Below are positions 24,801 to 34,324 of a stretch of 64,000 nucleotides of DNA, piece by piece. How positions within the stretch are numbered: position 1 is the first letter of the stretch; each line of letters begins with the position of its first letter. A program made the translations under genes and the position numbers. This DNA comes from Antedon mediterranea (lineage: Eukaryota; Animalia; Echinodermata), in contig NC_092677.1 in NCBI RefSeq assembly GCF_964355755.1, positions 5,044,101-5,108,100 of the forward strand, written 5' to 3'. Below the pieces are notes generated by a model. That model did not search any database, was not told the DNA's origin, and was given only the letters and a program-made list of their open reading frames with translations.

Positions 24801-27800
24801 GTAGATTTTAAAATATTTAATTTTCCATAAAAACTGATATTAATGTTGACTGTATTGTATTATTTTATACCTATAGACTGGCTATTATAATCAATCAAAT
24901 AGTATGTAAACCATGTGATTGAAATGTATTTATAGTACTTGTTAATAATAAATTTCTCTTCTGCCATTTGGCCATTTATTCACAATAGTAAACAATCAGT
25001 TCAATACATAAAATTAAGAATATAGATATTTTTTAAAATGTTTGCTCCATTTACGTTTAGTTGCTTCTTTTTGTAATATAATTGAAATATTATTAATAAC
25101 GTTGATTTCAAATATACCCAATTAAAAGGACAAATCAGTTTGAAATTTAATGGTTTGACTTGTTATTTTAAAGTATGTAAGTAAGTCAAGTTTGCTGACA
25201 CCTATACATTAATATATTTTGTTTTTGTAGTTGATGTGTTTACTGGAGTTGATGAACTAGGTAACACATACAGGTAATTGCCTTAATATTTATTACCACC
25301 ATGATTCTAAAAATCAAAACATTTAAAACTGCATGATTGGTTTGTTGATATCCATTCATAATTGTAAATTGTTTGGTTTTGTTTCCCATTTCCTTTTTTT
25401 TTCTTGGTTTATAGACATCCTGCGGTAGTCTTTTTGAATTCCCATTTACTTGTCTTTTGTGTGAAAAACAACTCGGATGTAATAATGAGAAGAGGAAAGA
25501 TGAACAAGAAGAGTTTTATTGAATGGGAAGAATCAAGAGTTATTTTACATGAAAAAGATACAAGGTATTAGAGAATGAAAATATTAATCTAATTTTGTAT
25601 TGCATAAAAGATTATTAAAGTTTATTTTAAAAATTCACATACAAAATTAGATTCTAATTCTTAAGTACAATCCTTTAATGAAATGTATTTGCTTAAAAAA
25701 AGGGGGATACAATTACAAATCTTATTTTAAAGCACTAATTATTATAAAATTACCATGACTATTTTTTAACTTAAAAATTGTTTAATATTTACTGTACAGC
25801 TATCATAATCCAGTACCAATTGTAACAAATAATGGAAAAGTGATTCTAATGTGTGTTAAAAATGAAAACAACACAAAAGAGAGGAAGATGATAAGGCTGA
25901 ACTCTGATGATAATGGAGAGAATTGGATTGAAGCATGTAATGTAGAAAACTCTCCAGGCGATATTCAAAGTAAGTTATTTTCAAATATTAAAGCTGAGAT
26001 TAATGCACTTTTCAGGGTTTGTATCCATGATTTATTTTGTCTAATATATGGTTTGATGTGTATTTTCTCGGTTTTTATGTGAAATCTTTTGCCAACAACT
26101 TTCTATTTTTCAGGCCTAGGTCATGGTGTATGTTTAGATTCAGGGAAATTAATTATTGCAGGAGTTGAAAATCTGGACAATAACGAGAGTAAGAAAAGTA
26201 ACACAATTAATAAACTTTTGTAAAATTATGGATGTGCTTAAATATTAATATTCAATCAAAAATCAATAATCTTTTGTAAGTTCAACATACTGTAATTTAA
26301 CATAACATAATTGTAAATCACTAATTGTATTGTGTATCATTAAAAATAAATATAACAGTGACATTGTTTTTTTTGTGTGGAATTTGGAGAATTGTGTTTG
26401 TGTTGTTTTTGCAGGAAAACTATTTGTAATGACCAGTACTGATAATGGTGACACCTGGGATATTGTATATGCTGGAGAGAACACTGGTATGCATCTCATA
26501 GGTCTATATTTAAAGAAGCATTGATTTTCCTCCTTTACAAACACCTTAAAGATTTTATCTGACAAATTTTATTTTTAGAAAATTGTGAGAAAAGTATGAA
26601 TTCTGCAAATCTTTTGTTTGTGTAGAAAATCTTTGGAGTACTGATAACCTTAACAGTTGGGAACTTCTAAATACTGTTAAACCACAATATGCTACCTTAG
26701 GAGAACACATACAAGTAAGATTAAAGAAGCATTGCTTGAAGAGACTGAGTTTCATTCAAAGAATTATAAGAACTAGACTGTCAACTGTAACGCATTCAAA
26801 AATAATTCCACAATGGAAAGAGACCATTTTGATATGGCTGCATTAATTGCATGGCGACTCAGATAAGCCAGTTATTCTTATTTTATAAGATAATATTCTT
26901 TTTTTTCATTAATTCATTCATAAAGGTATATTTATTAAAAATAATCTTCACATTAAAATTGAATTGCAATTGATTTTTACATGATAAAGTTTGCATGTTA
27001 TGTATAAAAATGTAATAATATTTTTATATATTTTAACTTGACTATACATTGTTTGCAGAATTCTTTAGCCTTTTGCTACCTACTGTATGTACCAGAATGT
27101 CTTTAATAAGTAAATAAATATACCTGATTATAAATATGTTTACTGCCATGTTTGCATAACTACACTGTTGCTCAGTTGACACTCTATTAGTTTAATAGTA
27201 TCTCTATGGTTTAGTTTGAGATTGGATTATTTTTGTCAAACACAAACTTTAGTTTACTGCTTTAAGTGCCATTTTGGCATAATATCTCATGTGTTTATTA
27301 GGTTCTTGAATATGCAAATGACAAAGTTTACATCAGCTGTTCATTGTACAATAGTAAGCAACGTTTGACTGCATACAGCAATGATGGATGTGAAACATTT
27401 GAAATTGACAATGAATTGTTAGAGACAAATCCAAAATGTCAGGTAATCTACATGCAAGAAGTCTTGTATATCTAATGTATTGTCTAGATAGATCAGATCT
27501 AGAAAGATCTACATAACTAAAAATGCTTTTTCTTGTTGAATAGAACATGTTGTAATAATTTAATTAAAATGTTATTATTACCTAGGGTGGTATTGTATGT
27601 TTACCAACCAAGACAGATGAGTTCAACCAAATAGCAATGGCAAGTCATGGAAATGAAACAAATAAGGATCTTACACTTTACTTAAGTGAAGATGGTTGTA
27701 AAACATGGTCTCAGTTTAACACACTAGGTGCAGTGAATGCAGAAGAATCTGACCTAGCTTACTACAGTGTAAAAGAAGGGAAAGAAGAAGCAAAGGGAAT

Positions 27801-27882
27801 AGTGTGTGTTTACAGTTATGGTTCAGAAACAAAGGGTTATAATATTGGAATGCAGTTGATTTCTAACCAAGAAATTATGTAA
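11547..27882 (+). CDS. Gene B: large Ig-superfamily membrane protein (SP-V-I-C2-C2-TM-split Ig with Cys-rich/acidic insert-4 Ig-sialidase-like propeller), ~1499 aa
   Basis: 25 phase-compatible GT/AG exons totalling 4500 nt: 11547-11592, 11787-12122, 12808-13116, 13256-13480, 13696-13962, 15791-15877 (TM), 16224-16484, 16733-16772, 16935-17106, 17492-17576, 19447-19465, 20116-20132, 20392-20523, 20929-21240, 21653-21973, 23819-24337, 24482-24796, 25231-25273, 25415-25564, 25800-25969, 26114-26188, 26415-26486, 26626-26714, 27302-27442, 27586-27882. AATAAA near 27998. Confidence 0.65.
14313..15299. mobile_element. Non-autonomous DNA transposon with TIRs and 5-bp TSD, in a gene B intron
   Basis: CAGGCCCGTAGCCAGG ... 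CCTGGCTACGGCCCTG with TACAT on both sides; partial related copy near 46773. Confidence 0.75.
18732..18768 (-). ncRNA. Minimal type I hammerhead ribozyme (Penelope-like element remnant)
   Basis: Minus strand GCA-CTGATGA-A-GGGC-TAGTGTT-GCCC-GAAA-GCTC-TGC: intact core, stem II, palindromic AGCT stem III, and a 3-bp stem I. Confidence 0.7.
20392..24796 (+). CDS. Gene B post-TM Ig-domain exons (half Ig plus four V/I-like Ig domains)
   Basis: DxGxYxC motifs (DSGEYNC, DAGMYQC, DEGEYIC, DAGEYIC, DAGEYMC); all are phase 1-1 exons. Confidence 0.85.
20739..20891. mobile_element. Hairpin MITE-like element
   Basis: AGCTCTGTTTACAC..GTGTGATG ... CATCACA..GTGTAGACAAAGCT inverted arms. Confidence 0.5.
22243..23427 (-). 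mobile_element. Possible solo LTR
   Basis: TGTCA...TAACA ends, imperfect 4-bp TSD (GTCT/GCCT), minus-strand AATAAA near 22310; composition differs from the surrounding intron. Confidence 0.3.
23977..24189 (+). repeat. Coding 24-bp tandem repeat (QSPDPTSV)x~9 inside an Ig exon
   Basis: CAGTCACCTGATCCAACATCCGTA units, in frame. Confidence 0.95.
25231..27882 (+). CDS. Sialidase (GH33, NEU2/3/4-like) six-blade propeller exons, predicted catalytically inactive
   Basis: YRHPAV (RIP motif), LLVFC..VIMRRG..IEW, HNPVP, LGHGVCLDSGKLII, CQGGIV, SDL. Asp-boxes SDDNGENW, STDNGDTW, SNDGCETF, SEDGCKTW. Confidence 0.8.
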
Positions 27883-29487
27883 AAAAAAAGATAAAACATT
27901 ATACAGTAAATAGCATCTACACTATTTTATTGTCTTGTTTTTAGATTTAACATTGTTGTCTTATTTATACAGATAATAATTTGTTTTGTATGTAGGAAAT
28001 AAAATGATTTATAACAATATAATAGGTTGTAGTATGAAATGGTAATTTGTTTTATTAGTATAAGTCGTTATTATCTTTTATGTATTTCCACCTAGCTTAA
28101 TGGCATAACCAAAAGTTGCTACCTACTTCAAAATAATAAGGTTGAAATGTGAATAGTGAGATTACAGAAGAGGAAAAGGTATAGTAATTAGCAATGTCAT
28201 CAACAGCACTAACATCAACATTAGACCTGTTTAACTTTATTAACATATATATATATGATAATTATAATAATATAAATATAAGATAATTTGTATCACTAAC
28301 GTTATTATTGTAATCATCTAGCATTTGTATTTGTGAACCCAGTACTAAAATGTAAATACTCAATAAGTAAGTTTTTAATATTACAATAACAAGAGCACAA
28401 CGTGATTATTGCATGATTGTGTATCTTGTCAATAGAGTATCGTACAATAAAATTTAATACATTTTCGGTGTGAGTTTAATTTTATAGTTTATTTACAGGT
28501 TTACAAAAACAGTTTTCTAAACGTCTGCATTTCAATCCATTCATTTAATCTATTAACTGTACATATTGTTGCGAACTTGTGCATGGATTGATTGATTGAT
28601 TGATATGATACCACAATCGTGTGCTATCGTTTACAATATAAAGCTCTATAGGTAGGCCTACCGATATTATTTATACTTGAGTACTACCACGGTAGTACTA
28701 TGTAGGCTCTAATGCTGATCTAATCTAAACTTCCTCTCCAGTTGGCGCGCAATTTCAACTGTCCCTAGCATCCCGTGAAATATAATATGTAATGTACAGA
28801 GTAGGCTGTTTCTACCGCAAAACTTTGGTTTTAAATAATTAGTTTTTTTAAACTAGCAATCAGCACCGCTTACTTTGAGTAACAGGCAAATGTTAAAATG
28901 TAAAAATACCATGGGAAAGTATTTCATTTCCAAATTCTCTAGAATTCATGCTTTTTAAATTCTTCGCGTGTATTCTTAAAAAGTGATTTTTTTGTTTAAC
29001 TAACTACTTCACTTAATTTACCTTAATCTTGTTGATCACGAATATTTATTCATAGAACTGTTTAGAGTAATACGGTTCTACAACCTTTCCTTTTTGTGAC
29101 GCACTACTAATTACATCATGATGTTTTTCATAAACCTCCACTTCCATTTTAATTTCTACTCTTTCCTAAAGGAGTAAAAAAAATATTATTATTATAATTT
29201 GTGTGAGACAATTAATATTCTTTTTAACTTTTCAGTTGATAAAAATTTTATTGATGAATGTGCCATGTTTAAAAATTTAGTTATTTGCCCGCCAGTCGAT
29301 CCAAAAAACAACGCTGCTTTTGCACTGTCGGATTGTTAATGTATGATATAAAGTAGGACTCAATTGCAATGTAAATTAAAAAGTACAAGTATTAAGTATA
29401 CCGCACTGAAACTTCCAACACATTTGATAGGCCTCGCGCTTCTTTGTACTGAGCATTTTGTGCATTCTATTTCTATCGTCAGGCTTC

Positions 29488-32400
29488 TCATCCGATGGTG
29501 CAAGAAATGGTGATACACAATATGAAATGTATTTTAAAAGATTTTACCTCTACCTTTGCAATGCATGCTTCGTTAGACGTAGGCTTCACATATCCCTCAT
29601 CATCAGAGCTTGTCGAAAGTTGCAGACTTTGGTCCTGAAGATTTTGACTTTTAATTTCTTCTTCTCTCTGTAAAGCAGGCAATAGATAATTATGTTTTGT
29701 CGATTTTGTGATACTTGGTGTTGAATGTCAACAACCAAATGGTAATTCCAATTTGTAAATTGATAATAGTAGGTTAAACTCTATTCTGAAACCTTTTGAA
29801 TCAGTTCGCAAATGTCGCAATGGGAAAAGTTGAAATTTCGTTCAGGTCAGGTTTATTAATTTTAATATTAGTTTTCCTAATACAAAATATTTACCTGTAT
29901 TCTTGTTCTAGACAAGCTTGCTTTATTTGACGTCCTGGTATCACCAGCGTCCACAGTCGGATCTGTGTTTATCTCGTTGTAATCTCCAACATTTGAAGGA
30001 AATTGTAATGTTTGATATTGAGGATTTTGATAATTAAAATGGATTTCTTTTATTCGTCTTACCTTAAAGAAACAATACTGATAACAGTAGATATAATATC
30101 TATTTCAATTGCATTTTTAGGCCTATTTTCATTTTTTTTTAAATCTTTTGTAGTTACCAGTATAAATACGTTTTAGCGAAAGTCAATATTGTATATTGAT
30201 TTAAAAGTACTTACATAAATATAACGAGTTAGTATAAACGTCGGGACGGAGCAAAGGATTGCAGTTAGGCCTACGGTTATCACTGCACCTAAAGAATAAC
30301 CTAAACAATTCGCAATGTCAAAATGTTGATATATACACTATTGAACAGGCTACAACGGTTAAAAATGAAAAACGTGTACAATAAAGTATAACTTATTTTA
30401 CTCAGTTAAATAAAATAAACTCAGCATGTGGCCTACATTATAATATTTAAATTGGTTACTTAATGATGACCTAGATTGTTTTGTAAAAACTGACGAAGCA
30501 ACCGTGAAATCAGGAGAGATCCAAATCGCAGTATGCGCTAATTATTCATCATTTTCATAATCATCATTAAACAATGTTAATGCAGTTGTATACATTTGGA
30601 AATATTTTCCCTTTTAGTAAACTTACCTGCATTGCAGTTCTTCGGTGTTATTGTGTGATTAAGACTTTCATTATCTGCATAACTTGTAAGATTTGATTCA
30701 CATGTTATATCATCAGTTTCTATAATTTCTGAATGATTTTCTTTCTTAATCACTTCTCCGTTTTGCAATATCAATAGGCCTACTGATGACGTTTTTGGGT
30801 ATCCCTCTACTGTAAAAGTTGCAAGTCCATCTTCAGTTTTAAATTTTACAATGATATCTAAACAAAATATAAACTTAAATTGTAACTATTGTAATTAACA
30901 CATTGTAACACTAGTTTACAAGAATTTTTAGAAATTATTTAAACACTGCTTGTTTAAACTAAAAACTTGATAATTTTACATTTGAATCAATGTATGTATA
31001 AAATGATGAGATATTGTAAACAAATTTAACATGAATGTTGTGCCACCCAATAGTAGGCCTACACTCAACCACTAATGTATCATTTTCTAATCACGTAACA
31101 AAACAGTAATGTAAAGAACAGTTGAAAATGGTATTTTTTGTGGAAAATGTATTGACTTGATATATTGAACTTTCAAGAATTTTTACACAAGAATGTTTTC
31201 CAAACCAAAATACCCTTTAACATGTTCTACTTTTTAAGTTTTTGTAATAAATGCAACAGTTTAGTGATTGATTGTTTGTTTACATACAATATGTGTTCAA
31301 CTGTTGCCCAATACTTGTTTTAGCATCATCTCCTTTAAACTGATCACTTTCTGCTTTACATGTATATCTCCCATCATCGCGTTCAGTAGCTGATTTAATC
31401 TTAAGAACTGACTCTGTACTGTTATTTGAAATCTCATATCTAGAAGGGTTGTTGACTGTCTGTCCATCTTTATACCAAGTAATGTGAGGAATAGGATATC
31501 CATCGGGTTTACTACAGATAAAGGTCACTGATTGACCTTTAAAGACAGTGCTTTCTGTTGCACGAAAAAGTGGTTGATCCAAATCTGATAATAAAAAGTA
31601 TTGTTTACTCAAAACAGGTACGTTACAAAGTTACAAAGGGTAGATCATAATTATGTAAATTAACTTTCTGTTTAATTGATATTAAAATAGTTATTACATA
31701 TCAAGTGTAACTTGAATTTTCATAGATCTGATATTTAATATGCCCTTTTATTTCTATTTGAACGGAAATACTTGAATTACTAATTACTAGAAATACAGAT
31801 GTTACTCACAATATACAGTTAGTATAGATGTGTTTGATCTTTCAATATCTCCATTTGTTGTCGCTACCTCACACTGAAATCTTCGCTGAGAATCAGATCT
31901 CGTTGGCTGTGACATCACCAAGTCAGCTTTCCCAGGTGTTATGTTTAATGTAAAACGGTCATTCTCTGGCTTATTATCATTCACAACGTTAATGGTAGAT
32001 CCATCTTCATATTTTTCATCCCATTGTATTCCAGAAGTAACTTTTGAATAATTACAAGTTATAACCACTTCTGCATCTCCTTCCTTGGCTTCCTGGTCAG
32101 ATGTTGTCACCAGTTGACCATGTGTTTCTAACAAATAAAAACGCGAATACAAATGTTACTCTCTATTAATCATAAAATGATTAATTAAAACTATTTATAT
32201 ACTATTTTCATTGTTAGTTTTGCCACAAACACAACTGAAATTTCATCTGAATGATTTACAACCATTTTTATTTGCAATTGCTTTTACATTAAACACGCAA
32301 GTGAAAGATAGTTTAAAAAGCATCCGACGTAAGTCTACTTCTATTATTCGTCGAACATAGAAGACAACAACTTCAACATAAATATCTATATAATAATAAA

Positions 32401-32923
32401 GTGTTACCAATTAATGAATGTATAACAATTAGCAGCGCCAACCATATCTGAGAGAAAAATATATTAGTAAACGATTTATTGAACTTTGACAAAATAGTAA
32501 TAATATTCAACTTCACTAAATTTATTTTAAAGTTTACATACAATGACATTAGACCTACTACTCCCCCGCTCTGGCCCTAGCCTACTCTTCATCTTATTGT
32601 CAACATAATGAGAATGAATTTTGGGCCCGGAGGCAATTACACCTAAACTCCTTATAAACATTTTAATGCAATTTGTACATCGACTTAGAGTAATACCTGC
32701 AATAGACAAGAGTACCTAAAAATAATTTATCGAGCACATCGTAACGGTGTATCACATTTGCTGTCATCATCACTGTTCACCACACAACTTCAATAGACCA
32801 ATCAGCATTAAATCACACGTACGTTATTATCGCTATAATCATTTTCATTTTCTCTCGCTCATTGCTTCATCATATTATTACTTTCATCATTTTATCAAAT
32901 CAAAGTACTTAACTTACCGCCAT
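29488..32923 (-). CDS. Gene C: type I Ig-superfamily receptor with canonical ITAM (SP-V-I-C2-TM-tail), ~441 aa
   Basis: Exons (minus): 32923-32918 (MA), 32447-32408 (IWLALLIVIHSLI), 32127-31810 V, 31584-31288 I, 30857-30627 C2-like, 30300-30215 TM (LGAVITVGLTAILCSVPTFILT), 30062-29895 (YQTLQFPSNVGDYNEI), 29667-29488 (3' end uncertain). Same exon phases as gene A. Confidence 0.8.
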
Positions 32924-33912
32924 CTCTACAGTAGGCCTACCACCTTAAACACGCATGTTAAAATGATTACGATAAGCTGTAAGCTTATAAGCTGTAATTT
33001 GTTGTTTTGCTTTCGTGGAAAGACATCCTACTAAACAGTCGTAAGGTAGTGATTACGTTGTTGGATTACATTTTTATTACTGATTATATCGTTTAATTTG
33101 ATTTAATTTGTTAGATACCACGTGACAATATAAAGACAGTATAGACTAATAGAACTAATAGGACAAACAACGACAACAAATAATTTGAGGCATTTTAATT
33201 TCACTGTTCAATGAATTACAATAATATAATTATTATTGATTTAAAAAAAAAAACAATGATAGATATAATGAAAAGATATAAAAATTAATTAGGCCCTATT
33301 TATTTAAACATTTACTACTACTACTTAAGGCCTATGCCTACTTAAACCATTATAGAGGCGATTATGTTAATTTGAGACAAGCTTTAGGTTTATGCGCTTT
33401 TCAACCAAATTAATTGTGAATTCAAAGTGACTGCGGCAATAAAAATCAAGATCAAGGTAAATCAAGGACTGTAGGCCTAGTGTTAGATACGACACTATAG
33501 TGCCAAACTAATTAATGCCAAAATATCAAATATCATTTGGTATTTTATTATATGTAGTCAAGATCCTTTATAATACACAAATAGATATATTTTATTTTTG
33601 GGTAAGTGTAAATAAGAGAATAATAAACAAAACTTATTTCATAATACAATTTTTATACAGAGTGTTATAGCCCATTATGTTTTGTGCTGTATCAGATCAG
33701 TAGGTAAAATAAAGGGCAGCATCCAAAGTATCGTCCTATAGATTCCAAGATTTCTGTACTATTTTAGTCATAAAGCACGTGCGGTGTAGTAGTAGACAGC
33801 GTGAGTTGCTGTAGTATAATGTTTGAATAGCCTTAGTTTTACAGCCGTCTAATAAACGTCACGTGATATTCGATTTTGTCGATAGGTGGCGGTATAAATT
33901 ACGCAATATTTG

Positions 33913-34228
33913 ACTGCATGACGATTGGTGTGTACTGCATGCCGATTGGTGTGTACTGCATGACCATTGATGTGTACTGCATGACGATTGGTGTGTACTG
34001 CATGACGATTGGTGTGTACTGCATGACGATTGGTGTGTACTGCATGATGTTTGGTGTGTACTGCATGACGATTGGTGTGTACTGCATGATGTTTGGTGTG
34101 TACTGCATGACGATTGGTGTGTACTGCATGACCATTGGTGTGTACTGCATGACGATTGGTGTGTACTGCATGATTATTGGTGTGTACTGCATGATAAATG
34201 TGAACTGAAGGCAGAGGAGGCGTTCCAT
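33913..34228. repeat. 21-bp tandem repeat (~13 copies) ending in a GGCGTTCCATA transposon terminus
   Basis: ACTGCATGACGATTGGTGTGT units; terminus shared with element 534-1386. Confidence 0.85.
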
Positions 34229-34324
34229 ATTCCAGAAGATTTAAAATCATCATACATTATTCTGATTGTGGTTGGTGGCAGTAGTTTGTTTATTTTTTAA
34301 TTAATTGAAGACATTTTTTTACAG

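Noticed and set aside
23794-24804. 336-aa single ORF as one exon or gene
   Set aside because: It reads through a stop-free 144-nt intron (24338-24481) with GT/AG sites at the usual Ig exon boundaries.
25231-27882. Bacterial contamination or recent HGT of a sialidase
   Set aside because: Eight spliceosomal exons, and motifs (NPxP, GHG, CQG) of the animal NEU2/3/4 type.
33849-34253. Repetitive ORFs (HAVHTNR)n / (MTIGVYC)n / (MQYTPIV)n
   Set aside because: The 21-bp tandem repeat is open in several frames on both strands; no splice or codon support.
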